This document shows positions 38,856 through 51,099 of a DNA stretch of 64,000 bases, in pieces; within the stretch, counting starts at the first letter, position 1, and every line of letters begins with the position of its first letter. This DNA comes from Mobula hypostoma. Lineage: Eukaryota. The stretch spans positions 36,148,001 through 36,212,000 of the forward strand of contig NC_086108.1 of NCBI RefSeq assembly GCF_963921235.1, written 5' to 3'. The notes beneath the pieces are model-generated. The model was not told where the DNA came from, did no database searches, and was given only the letters and a program-made list of their open reading frames with translations. A program made the position numbers and the translations under genes.

Positions 38856-39625
38856 TCGTCTGGCGACCATCGCTCCCAATTGCTCAGGTGAATCCACCAG
38901 TCGTGACCTTGTACTTTTACTGCTTTGGGGGTTTGGAGAAGGATCTGAAAAGGTCCTTCCCACTGGGGTCCAAGCTTGGGGCGCTTCCAATCCCTTATCA
39001 GTACCGAATCTCCCAATTTTCAAATCTGGCCACTCCGCCTCTGGTTTTTCCTGTGGCTTAAACGCCTCCTGCACCTGAGAATGAAGTAACTTTCGAGAGG
39101 ATGTTAATTGTTTGAAATACCTTTGCAGTTCATCCCCCATAACATTAAGGTCAACTTGGGTGGGAGGCTGTGTGTTAGCATCCCATGGGGTCCTTCCGGG
39201 ATGTCCATATACAATTTCAGCTGCTGATACTCCAGTAGTGGAATGGGGAGTAATCCTCATATGATACAAAGCTAATGGAAGGACCTTCAGCCAGAACAGA
39301 TAGAAGTCTGCAGCAACTTTTTTTTTTAACGAGAGCCTGAAAATCATTTTCCCAACCCCTTTAATCCTTTAACATCTCAACCCGCTCCATGTCTGATCCC
39401 CTGATGAGGACTGGCTCGTGGACCTCTGGTTTCTTTTTCAGTTAGTCAACTCTTTTGTTTTGCTGATGTTGAATAAAAAGTTGTTTTTGTGACACCAGAC
39501 AACCAATTTTTCAATCTCCCTCCTATATGTTGATTCAGCTAACAACAATGGTGTTGTCAGCAAACTTAACTATGGCACTGGAGTTGTACTTGGCCCCCAC
39601 TTTACTCGCTTTATACTTAGGAGTG

Positions 39626-42600
39626 CAGGTGTCCCCCCGCTTTATGAGCGTTCACTTTATGCTACTTCACTTTTACGAAAGACCTACATTAGTACCTCTT
39701 TTCGCCAGATGTAACATATAGAGAGGCTTTGAGGAAAGAGAAGCAGAATAAAGGGTGTAAAGGTAGTAAGGTAGAAGGGCTAAAGTGTGTGTACTTCAAT
39801 GCAAGAAGCATCAGGAACGAAGGTGATGAACTGAAAGCTTGGATACATACATGGAATTATGATGTAGTGGCCATTACAGAGACTTGGCTGTCACCAGGGC
39901 AGGAATGGATTCTCAATATTCCTGGATTTCAGTGCTTTAAAAGGGATAGAGGTGGGGGGAAAGGGGAGGAGGGGTGGCATGACTGGTCAGGGATACCATT
40001 ACAGCTACAGAAAGGGTGGGTAATGTAGCAAGATCCTCTTTTGAGTCAGTATGGGTGGAAGTCAGGAACAGGAAGGGAGCAGTTACTTTGTTAGGGGTAT
40101 TCTTTAGGCCCCCTGGTAGCAGCAGAGATACAGAGGAGCAGATTGGGAGGCAGGTTTTGGAAAGGTGTAGAAATAATAGGGTTGTTATCATGGGTGACTT
40201 TAACTTCCCTAATATTGATTGGCACCTGATTAGTTCCAAGGGTTTAGACAGGGCAGAGTTTGTTAAGTGTGTCCAGGATGGATTCCTGTCACAGTATGTT
40301 GACAGGCCGACTAGGGGGAATGCCATACTAGATCTAGTACTAGGTAACGAACTGGGTCAGGTCACAGATCTCTCAGTGGGTGAGCATCTGGGGGACAGTG
40401 ACCACCGCTCCTTGGCCTTTAGCGTTATCATGGAAAAGGATAGAATCAGAGAGGACAGGAAAATTTTTAATTGGGGAAGGGCAAATTATGAGGCAATAAG
40501 GCTAGAACTTGCGGGTGTGAATTGGGATGATGTTCTTGCAGGGAAATATACTATGGACAGGTGGTCAATGTTTAGAGATCTCTTGCAGGATGTTAGGGAT
40601 AAATTTGTCCTGGTGACGAAGATGAAGAATGGTAGGGTGACAAGTGAGGTGGAAAAGGCAGTATACATGAGGTTCAGGAAGCAAAGATCAGATGGGTCTA
40701 TTGAGGAATATAGGGAAGCAAGAAAGGAGCTGAAGAGGGGGCTGAGAAGAGCAAGAAGGGGGCATGAGGAGGCCTTGGCGAGTAGGGTAAAGGAAAACCC
40801 CAAGGCATTCTTCAATTATGTGAAGAACAAAAGGATGACAGGAGAGAAGGTAGGACCGATTAGAGATGAAGGTGAGAAGATGTTCCTGGAGGCTGTGGAA
40901 GTGAACGAGGTCCTCAATGGATACTTCTTTCAGTGTTTACTAATGAGAGAGAACTGGATGATGGTGAGGACAATATGAGTGAGGTTGATGTTCTGGAGCA
41001 TGTTGATATAGAGGGAGAGGAGGTGTTGGAGTTGTTAAAATATATTAGGACGAATAAGTCCCCGGGGCCTGACGGAATATTCCCCAGGCTGCTCCACAAG
41101 GCGAGGGAAGAGATTGCTGAGCCTCTGGCTAGGAGCTTTTTGGCCTTGTTGTCCCCAGGAATGGTACCGGAGGATTGGAGGGAGGCAAATGTTGTCCCCT
41201 TGTTCAAAAAAGTTAGTAGGGATAGTCCGGGTAATTATAGACCAGTGAGCCTTACATCTGTGGTGGGAAAGCTGTTGGAAAAGATTCTTAGAGATAGGAT
41301 CTGTGGGCATTTAGAGAATCATGGTCTGATCAGGGACAGTCAGCATGGCTTTGTGAAGGGCACATTGTGTCTAACAAGCCTGATAGCGTTCTTTGAGGAG
41401 GTGACCAGGCATACAGATGAGGGTAATGCAGTGGATGTGATCTATATGGATTTTAGTAAGGCATTTGACAAGGATCCACACGGTAGGTTTATTCAGAAAG
41501 TCAGAAGGCATGGGATCCGGGGAAGTTTGGCCAGGTGGATTCAGAATTGGCTTGTCTGCTGAAGGCAGAAGGTCGTGGTGGAGGGAGTACATTCAGATTG
41601 GAGGATTGTGACTAGTGGTGTCCCACAATGATCTGTTCTGGGACCTCTACTTTTTGTGATTTTTATTAACGACCTTGATGTGGAGGTAGAAGGGTGGGTT
41701 GGCAAGTTTGCAGATGACACAAAGGTTGGTGGTGTTGTAGGTAGTGTAGAGAATTGTCGAGGATTGTAGAGAGACATTGATAAGATGTGGAAGTGGGCTG
41801 AGAAATGGCAGATGGAGTTCACTCTGGAGAAGTGTGAGGTGGTACACTTTGGAAGGACAAACTCCAAGGCAGAGTACAAAGTATGTTTGTAAATGGCAGG
41901 ATACTTGGTAGTGTGGAGAAGCAGAGGGATCTGGTGGTACATGTCCACAGATCCCTTAAAGTTGCCTCACAGGTGGGTAGGGTAGTTAAGAAAGCTTATG
42001 GGGTGTTAGCTTTCATAAGTCGAGGGATAGTGTTTAAGAGTCGCGATGTAATGATGCAGGTCTTTAAACTCTGGTTAGGCCACACTTGGAGTACTGTGTC
42101 CAGTTCTGGTTGCCTCACTATAGGAAGGATGTGGAAGCATTGGAAAGGGTACAGAGGAGATTTATCAGGATGCTGCCTGGTTTAGAGTGTATGGATTACG
42201 ATCAGAGATTAAGGGAGCTAGGGCTTTTTACTCTTTGGAGAGAAGGAGGATGAGAGGAGACATGATAGAGGTGTACAAGATATTAAGAGGAATAGATAGA
42301 GTGGATAGCCAGCACCTCTTCCCCAGGGCACCACTGCTCAATACAAGAGGACATGGCTTTAAGGTAAGGGGTGGGAAGTTCAAGGGGGATATTAGAGGAA
42401 GGTTTTTTACTCAGAGTGGTTGGTGTGTGGAATGCACTGCCTGAGTTAGCGGTGGAGGCAGATACACTAGTGAAGTTTAAGAGACTACTAGACAGGTATA
42501 TGGATGAATTTAAGGTGGGTGGTTATATGGGAGGCAGGGTTTGAGAGTCGGCACAACATTGTGGGCCATAGGGCCTGTAATGTGCTGTACTATTCTATGT

Positions 42601-43140
42601 TCTATGTTCTAACCGAAAGTGGATTTTTGCTTTTACGAAAAAAGACGCCCGCTTTAAACTTATGTTTACGCTGAGAAAGACTACCATGACTGTGAAGCTT
42701 TGCGCAGGCAGGTGTGTGCGCATGCGTGTGTATGCCGATTTTTTTTCTACAAATTGGTTTTGGCTAAATCTTCCAGATTCTGTTCAGTGAAACTACACAG
42801 TACATACATTATTTCTACTTTATATAGGGTGTGTATTTATCATATCATTCCTGCTTTTACTATATTTTAATATTATTTTAGGTTTTATGTGCTGTTTGGT
42901 ATGATTTGGTAGGTTATTTTTTGGGTCTGGGAGCGCTCAAAAAATTTTCGCATATAAATTAATATAAACTCTCACTAGGTAAGAGTAAGAGTTCGGCACA
43001 GACTACAAGGGCCGAGATGGCCTGTTTCCGTGATGTAATTGTTATATGGTTAATGGTAATTGCTTCTTCGCTTTACGCCACTTTGGCTTACGAATGGTTT
43101 CATAGGAATGCTGTACCTTCGGATAGCGAGGGAAAACCTG
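39626..43140. mobile_element. Tigger/pogo-like non-autonomous DNA transposon, interrupted by CR1
   Basis: Imperfect TIRs CAGGTGTCCCCCCGCT / AGCGAGGGAAAACCTG; TA on the right (TG on the left); about 0.5 kb of own sequence. Confidence 0.65.
39705..42610 (+). mobile_element. CR1 LINE with near-complete degenerate ORF2
   Basis: YFNARSIRN, ITETWL, MGDFN, SDH (EN); KSPGPDG, DFSKAFDK, KFADD (RT); (TTCTATG)n tail. Confidence 0.93.
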
Positions 43141-43859
43141 TATGTGGCTAAGTACACTTATGATAATTGTGGAAGAGATGTTGTTAATCTGAACTGACTG
43201 GGGTCTTCAGATGAGGAAATCTGAGGATTCATTTGCACAAGGAGGTATTGAGGCCTTGGTCTTGACACTTATTGATTAGTTTTGAGGGGATGATAGTGTT
43301 GAATTCAGAGCTGTATTCAATGAAGAACATCCTGATGTATGCACCTTTTCTATCCAGGTGTGCCAGAGCTGAATGAAGAGGCAGTGAAATGGCATCTGCT
43401 GGGCTAGGCAAGTTAGAGTAAATCTACGATACTCCTCAGGCAGGAATTGATAAGTTTTATGACCAGCCTGTCAAAGCACTTCATCACAGTAGATGTAAGT
43501 GTTACTAGACCATAGTCATTGAGGCAGGTTACTGCATTTTTCTTGGGTACTGGTATGATTGAAGCCTGCTTGAAGCAAGTGGGTACCACGGACTGCCGAA
43601 GTGAGAGGTTAAAGATATCAGTAAACGCTCCAGCCAGTTGATTAGCACAGGTCTTCAGTACTCGACCAGGTAGACAGTCTGGGCCAAATATTTTCTGTGG
43701 GTTTTCCTTCCTGGAGGATGCTCTTACATCAGCCTCAGAGACCAAAATCACAGGATTATCGAGGGCTGTGGGAGTTCATGAAGTTACCTCTGTATTCTGT
43801 CGGTCAAAGTGAGCATAAAAGATTCTGAGCTCATTTGGTAGCCAAACCTTGTTGAAATA

Positions 43860-45325
43860 TAGAAAAATAGAAACATAGAAAACCGGCAGCACAATGCAGG
43901 CTTTTCGGCCCACAGAATTGTGCTGAACATGTCCCTACCTTAGAAATTACTGGGCTTAACTGTAGCCCTTTATTTTACTAACCTCCATGTACCTATCTAA
44001 AAGTCTCTTAAAAGACCCTATCTTATCCACCTCCACCACTGTTGCTGGCAGCCCATTTCACGCAATCTCCACTCTCTGAGTGAAAAACTTAACCCGACAT
44101 CTCCTCTGTACCTACTCTTCAGCACCTTAAACCTGTATCCTCTTGTGGCAATCATTTCAGCCCTGGGAAAAAGCCTCTGACTATCCACACGATCTATGCC
44201 TCTCATCATCTTATATACCTCTGTCAGGTCAACTCTCATCCTCCGTCGCTCCAAGGAGAAAAGACCGAGTCCACTCATCCTATTCTTATAAGGCATGCTC
44301 CCCAATCCAGGCAACATCCTTGTAAACCTCCTCTGCATGCTTTCTATGGTTTCCGCATCCTTCCTATAGTGAGGCGACCAGAACTGAGCACAGTACTCCC
44401 AAGTGGGGTCTGACGAGGGTCCTATATAGCTGCAACATTACCTCTCGGCTCCCAAGTTCAGTTCCACGATGGATGAAGGCCAATACACCGTACACCTTCT
44501 TAACCGGAGAATCAACCTGCACAGCTGCTTTGAGTGCCCTATGGACTTGGACCCCAAGATCCCTCTGATCCTCCACACTGCCAAGAATCTTAACCATTAA
44601 TACTATATTCTGCCATCATATTTGACCTACCAGAATGAACCACTTCACTCTTATCTGGGTTGAACTCCATCTGCCACTCCATCAGCCCAGTTTTGCATCC
44701 TATCAATGTCCCGCTGTAACCTCTGACAGGCCTCCACACTATCCACAACATTTCTAACCTTTGTGGCATCAGCAAACTTACTAACTCATCCCTCCACTTC
44801 CTCATCCAGGTAATTTATAAAAATCACGAAGAGTAAGGGTCCCAGAACAGATCCCTGAGGCACACCACTGGTCACCCATCTGTGACCCATCTACAACCAC
44901 TCTTTGCTTTCTATGGGCAAGCCAGTTCTGGATCCACAAAGCAATGTCCCCTTGGATCCCATGCCTCCTTACTTTCTCAATAAGCCTTGCATGGAGTACC
45001 TTATCTGCATGCTGAAGCTTTTCAGTCTGCTGCAAGTCATCACTACAGTCACCAAGATCCTTTTCCATAGTGAATACTGAAATAAAGTATTCATTAAGTA
45101 CCTCTGCTATTTCCTCCAGTTCCATACACACTTTCCCACTGTCACACTTAATAGGTCCTATTCTTTCACATCTTATCCTCTTGCTCTTCACATACTTGTA
45201 GAATGCCTTGGGGTTTTCCTTAATCCTGCCCGCCAAGGCCTTCTCGTGGCCCCTTCTGGCTCTCTTAATTTCCTTCTTAAGCTCCTTCCTATTAGCCTTA
45301 TAATTTTGTAGCTCTCTGAACCTTT
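43860..45325 (-). mobile_element. CR1 LINE, internally deleted
   Basis: IKENPKAFYKY, WIQNWL, QRRFTRMLPG; same subfamily as 51100-53037. Confidence 0.88.
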
Positions 45326-45394
45326 GTGACTAGGTTTATTACAGCCTTTATTTATAAGTTGCTTGGTTTTACTTTATCAGAGGTGATAGCATTC

Positions 45395-46227
45395 AAGCCC
45401 TGCCTCAGTTGTTGAGCATCTTTCAATGATTCGGGGTTGGTCTAAAATTGCCATGTTGCATGCAGGATGGCTTTCTCGAGATGTACGTGGACCTTTTGTA
45501 CTTTCCTTGTTTGCCAAACCTAAGCGCTATTGATTAGCCCTCAGCAGGTTATGGATCTCTTGGTTCATTTAGGGCTTCTGGTTGAGGAAGTCCGAATAAT
45601 TTTGTTGGGTGAAAGAGGTAGTCTCTTTCACGAATATTTTTATAAAGTCCATGACCACTGAGGGGTATTCATTCAGAGCCTCAGATGAGCCTTTGGACAT
45701 GGCACAGTTCACTGACTTTAAGCAATTCAGTAGCTGTTCCTGTGCTTCCCATGACCACCCCTATGTTGTCCTTGCCTCTGGTGCCTGCTCTTTAGTTTAA
45801 GTTCAAGTTTGTGTATTGTCATCTGACTGTCCATTTATACAAACAAGCAAAACAGTGTTTCTCTGGTCCATCATACACCCACAATACGTATATCACACAC
45901 GGCACATAAAACTAAATATTACCACAAACATTATGTAAAATATAATTCAAAGTGCACGTGAAGTGCACAGCACAGGTAAGCATTAACAGTACAGTCGACA
46001 GTAAATAGCTCACTGTCCTGATGCTTCTGTGCATACCTCCTGATGGTGGTGGATGAAAAGATTGCGGGATGCGAGGTAGGGGAACCTTGGTGATCCTCTT
46101 GGCGGTTTTGCAGCCTGCTACCGAGCAGCCTCTGTACCACACGATGATGCAGCCAGACAGGACACTCTTGATGGTGCTCCTGTAGAAAATTGTTAGAATG
46201 GAGATGGCAACCTTGCACGCCTCAATT
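45395..46227 (-). mobile_element. Rex1/Babar-like LINE fragments
   Basis: NQKP*MNQEIHNLLR remnant and a Rex-type 3' tail. Confidence 0.55.
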
Positions 46228-46228
46228 T

Positions 46229-46770
46229 ACATAGAACATAGAGTAGTACAGCACAGTACAGGCCCTTCGGCCCATAATGTTGTGCCGACCCTCAAACCCT
46301 GCCTCCCATATAACCCCCCCACCTTCAATTCATCCATATACCTGTCTAGTAGTCTCTTAAACTTCACTAGTGTATCTGCCTCCACCACTGACTCAGGCAG
46401 TGCATTCCACGCACCAACCACTCTTTGAGTAAAAAACCCTCCTCTAAAATCCCCCTTGAACTTCCCACCCCTTACTTAAAGCCATGTCCTCTTGTATTGA
46501 GCAGTGGTGCCCTGGGGAAGAGGCGCTGGCTGTCCACTCTATCTATTCCTCTTATTATCTTGTGCACCTCTATCATGTCTCCTCTCATCCTCCTCCTTTC
46601 CAAAGAGTAAAGCCCTAGCTCCCTTAATCTCTGATCATAATACATACTTTCTAAACCAGGCAGCATCCTGATAAATCTCCTCTGTACCCTTTCCAATGCT
46701 TCCACATTCTTCCTATAGTGAGGTGACCAGAACTGGACACAGTACTCCAAGTGTGGCCTAACCAGAGTTT
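46229..46770 (-). mobile_element. CR1 3' fragment
   Basis: Near-identical reverse complement of about 42070-42605. Confidence 0.92.
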
Positions 46771-46840
46771 CTCAGAAAGTATAGACGCTTCTGTGCTTCC
46801 TTTATGCAGGTTGGACCTCAGTCTCCTCAGAAAGTATAGA

Positions 46841-48315
46841 AAACACAAAATAATCTGCAGATGGGAACTCGCATGGGACCCAGCTACACCTGCCTCTTCG
46901 TTGGTTATGTGGAACAGTCTGTGCTTCAAACCTATTCTGGCATTGCTCCCCAACTTTTCCTTTGGTACATTGACGACTACATTGATGCCGCTTCCTGCAC
47001 CCGTGCTGAGCTCGTCAATTCCATCGACTTTACTTCAAACTTCCACCCAGCCCACAAATTCACTTGCTCTATCTCAGACACTTCTTTCCCCTTTCTCGAT
47101 GTCTCGGTCTCCATCTCTGGAGAGAGACTGTCCACTGACATCTTCTACAAGCCCACTGACTCTCATAACTACCTCAACTATACGTCTTCCCACCCCACCA
47201 CATGCAAAAATGCCATTCTCTATTCCCAGTTCCTCCGTCTCCGCCACATCTGCTCCGAGGATGAGGCTTTCCTATCCAGGACATCTCAAATATCCTCTTT
47301 CTTTAAGGATCGTGGTTTCCCTTCTACCGTCATCAATGATGCCCTCACCTGCATCTCCTCCATTTCCCGCACTTCGGCCCTCACCCCATCCTCCTGCAAC
47401 CACAACAGGGACAGGGTTCCCCTTGTCCTTACCTACCACCCCACCAGCCTTTGGATCCAGCACATTATCCTCCGCAACTTCTGCCACCTTCAACAGGACC
47501 CCACCACTAAGCCTATCTTTCCCCCTCCACCCCTCTCCACTTTCCGCAGGGATCGGTCCTTCCGCGACTCCTTTATCCGCACGTCCATCCCCTCTGATCT
47601 CCCACGCGGCACTTATCACTGTAAGTGTAAGTGCTACACCTTTCTCTACACCTCATCTCTTGCAACCATTCAGGGCCCCAAACAGTCCTTCCAGGTGAGA
47701 CAACACTTCACTTGTGAGTCTGTTGGGGTCATCTATTGCATCCGGTGCTCCCGGTGCGGCCTCCTCTACATCGGTGAAACCCGACGCAGATTGGGGGACC
47801 GCTTCGTCGAGCACCTCCACTCCATCGGCCACAACAGACAGAATCTCCCGGTAGCCACCCACTACAACTCTGCTTCCTATTCCCATTCAGATATGTCCAT
47901 AAATGGCCTCCTCTACTGCCATGATGAGGCTAAACTCAGGTTGGAGGAGCAACACCTCATATACCATCTAGGTAGTGTTCAGCCCCTTGGTATGAACATA
48001 GAATTCTCCAACTTTCGGTAATTCCCTGCCCCTCCCTTAATCTATCCCTATTTCACTCAACCCCCTCCCCCAGCTCCCTCATGGTTCCGCCTCCTTCTTC
48101 TACTATACATTGTTTTGATGTCAGTTCTCCCCCTCCCCCACCCCTTTGTCTTTCAAATTACTGGTCTTTCAGCTGATGCTACAAGCATTCTTCAAATCCT
48201 TCCCCATCTTTCATTCTTCAGTCCTGACGAAGGGTTCCGGCCCAAAACGTCGACTCATCGTTTCTAACTGATGCTGCCCGACCTGCTGAGTTCATCCAGC
48301 GTACTGAGAGTGTTG
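46841..48315 (+). mobile_element. Penelope-like element, 5'-truncated; open 386-aa RT C-terminus + GIY-YIG ORF (46861-48021)
   Basis: MGTRMGPSY, YIDD, FLDV, SHP...K, GVIYCIRCSRCGLLYIGET; 15-bp TSD CTCAGAAAGTATAGA (46826-46840 and 48316-48330); hammerhead at 48221-48254. Confidence 0.93.
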
Positions 48316-48711
48316 CTCAGAAAGTATAGACACTTATATGCCTGCTTTATGCAGATTAGAGAAACACATTCTATTTGCAAACCTTAAAATATTTCCCAAA
48401 TTAAGTCTTAAGTAACTGTAAACAGGTCATCCATTTGAATTCTGAGCAGCTTTGGTAAGAAGTGGGAAGTTGTAAGAACTTTTAACTCTGGTTGAAAGAT
48501 ATTACAATGCCTCAATTGCTTTTAGATTTTTGGAGTTGTGTACAGTTGTCTCTATAGTTTTTAGAAATTTCTTAATTTTTTTTGAATTGATTGTGGACAG
48601 TGAGAAATCTCAACAAAAGTATCCAAATGTAAGATTGAAGTACTCCAGAGAAATACTTGTCACTACTGATTTTTATCAACTCCTTTTGCACAAAGTAAAG
48701 GAATTTGTATT

Positions 48712-50118
48712 TAAAAACGCAAACACGAGGAAATCTGCAGATGCTGGAATTTCAAGCAACACACATAAAAATTGCTGGTGAACACAGCAGGCCAGGCAGC
48801 ATCTATAGGAAGAGGTATAGTCGACGTTTTGGGCCGAGACTCTTCGTCAGGACTAACTGAAAGAAGCGATAGGAAGAGATTTGAGAGGGGGAGGGGGAAG
48901 ATCTGAAATGATAGGAGAAGACAGGAGGGGGAGGGATGGAGCTAAGAGCTGGAAAGCTGATTGGCAAAAGGGATACGAGGCTGGAGAAGGGAGAGGATCA
49001 TGGGACGGGAGGCCGAGGGAGAAAGGGGGAGGGGGGAAAGCCCAGAGGATGGGCAAGGAGTACAGTGAGAGGGACAGAGGGAGAAAAAGGAGAGAGAAGA
49101 AAAAAAATTAATAATGATAATAAATAAATATCGGATGGGGTATGAAGGGGAGGTGGGCATTAACGGAAGTTAGAGAAGTCAGTGTTCATGCCATCAGGTT
49201 GGAGGCTACCCAGACGGAGTATAAGGTGGTGTTCCTCCAACCTGAGTGTGGCTTCATCTTGACAGTAGAGGAGGCCGTGGATAGACATATCAGAATAGGA
49301 ATGGGACGTGGAATTAAAATGTGTGGCCACTGAGAGATCCTGCTTTCTCTGGCGGACAGAGCGTAGGTGTTCAGCGAAACCGTCTCCCAGCCTGCGTTGG
49401 GTCTCGCCAATATATATAGAAGGCCGCATCAGGAACACCGGATGCAGTATATCATCCCAGCCGACTCACAGGTGAAGTGTTGCCTCACCTGGAAGGACTG
49501 TCTGGGGGCCCTGAATGGTGGTGAGGGAGGAAGTGTAAGGACATGTGTAGCATTTGTTCTGCTTACAAGGATAAGTGCCAGGAGGAAGATCGGTGGGAAG
49601 GGATGGGGGGACGAATGGACAAAGGAGTTGCATAGGGAGTGATCCCTGCGGCAGGCAGAGAGAGGAGAGAAGGGAAAAATATGCTTAGTGGTGGGATCCC
49701 ATTGGAGGTGGTGGAAGTTACGGAGAATTATACGTTGGACCCGGAGGCTGGTGGGGTGGTAGGTGAGGACAAGGGGGACCCTATTTATTCCTTTTTCTCC
49801 CTCTGTCCCTCTCACTATACTCCTTGCCCATCCTCTGGGTTACCCCCCCCACCCCTTTCTTTCACCTAGGCCTCCCGTCCTATGATCCTCTCATATCCCT
49901 TTTGCCAATCAACTTTCCAACTCTTGGCTCCATCCCTCCCCCTCCTGTCTTCTCCTATCATTTCGGATCTCCCCCTCCCCCTCCCACTTTCAAATCTCTT
50001 ACTGTCTCTTCTTTCAGTTAGTCCTGACGAAGGGTCTTGGCCCAAAACGGCGACTGTACCTCTTCCCATAGACGCTGCCTGGCCTGCTGCGTTCACCAGC
50101 AATTTTTATGTGTGTTGC
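48712..50118. mobile_element. Penelope-like element with inverted pLTR arms
   Basis: Minus arm 48712-~49783, plus arm ~49788-50118; 14-bp TSD AAGGAATTTGTATT (48698-48711 and 50119-50132). Confidence 0.92.
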
Positions 50119-51099
50119 AAGGAATTTGTATTGATTGTTTCCAAAACAAATTGAGTGGATAGGGTGACAGCTGATGGCTCATTGTAGACTCAAACTATTG
50201 ATTTCTTTGTCCTAATCAGGTCTTTATTTGTTGTTGATGTTTTGAGAACACTTGTTTGTAATTGTAGGAACATTGATAGGGAAATAATGGAGATAAAATG
50301 TGCAATTTTCTCCAAATTAAATATTTTTTCCTGTGCTTGTACATTTCAAGAATTTGAATTAATTATAAAGGGAAACTTGCAGAATTTGCAGAGAAGTTTT
50401 GAATTGTCAGTGTTGTTTCATCCCTGTAAGTTGCATTGTGGGTTTTTAATTTCAAAATTAAATGTGTAAGCTGTGAATTTCCCAGAAAAAAATGTACAAA
50501 CTTCCTCAGGAGATTTTTGCACAGTGAATTTCCTTGATGTTTCTTTATCAAAATTGTTTTTTAGCTTTTTACTTTTACCTAACATACTTAAGTTTGCAGA
50601 GTTTGAGGTTACTTGGATCTCTTTGCAATGATTTAGCTGCAGTGTACCCAAAAGTCATCTAACTTTAATGTCTTTTTTTCTCTATCCTTGTGAACCTCAT
50701 CAGCGAGATTAGAATTTGTTGGCCATTCCCAAATAATTTAAAAAGGTGCCAGAAATCAACTCCCTGATCCTCTGTAGTCGGTGAATTAATGGCTGTTTCA
50801 AAATTCTACAAGTTCTAGTATAAGCAGGAACTTAATGATGGTAAAGGCTCGATGACATACAATTTTTCAAGTCTGAGTGATGTGTGACTTAAAAGAGATC
50901 TGTGCTGCTGTTGCCGTTTCTGGCTACGACATTAAGGGGCCATGTCAGAGAAGTTTTAAGAAGCTATTGCTGTATGCACTGTAGAGAATGTATGCCAATT
51001 ATGGAGAAAGTAAACATACAACCCACTGGATGTGATCCAGTTAAGTAGGCTGAATGATTGAGTCTTGATGTCTGTTTTGGAGAAAATGTTCAGTTTATC

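Larger units (their letters stand above)
36603..39379 (-). mobile_element. Internally deleted endogenous retrovirus (5' LTR stub, IN C-terminus, env-like 5' part, partial 3' LTR)
   Basis: TG...CA ends with 4-bp TSD ACCC (36599-36602 and 39380-39383); WLKVLPLAL..MRITP...PQWEGPFQILL..P.AVKV...WIHLS; LTR remnant 36603-37021 with TATAAA (36781-36786) and AATAAA (36682-36687). Confidence 0.85.
35925..43850 (-). mobile_element. Rex1/Babar-like LINE acting as host (pieces 35925-36602, 39380-39625, 43141-43850)
   Basis: KKAQQCLYFLR, IRMFFIEYSSEFNTI and GPDCLPGRVLK...MKCFDRLV fragments are colinear once the inserts are removed. Confidence 0.75.

Noticed and set aside
46751..47698. 315-aa Ser/Pro-rich ORF and similar alternate-frame or antisense ORFs in the track
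   Set aside because: Shadow frames of Penelope, CR1 or Rex coding sequence with no independent protein features.
46861..48021. Domesticated or active Penelope protein
   Set aside because: 5'-truncated within RT; the ATG is internal and abuts the inverted tail stub; the open frame is consistent with a recent insertion.
46771..48330. Three copies of CTCAGAAAGTATAGA resembling a repeat-spacer array
   Set aside because: Explained by an old short tandem duplication in a Rex fragment plus the Penelope TSD; eukaryotic context with no regular spacing.
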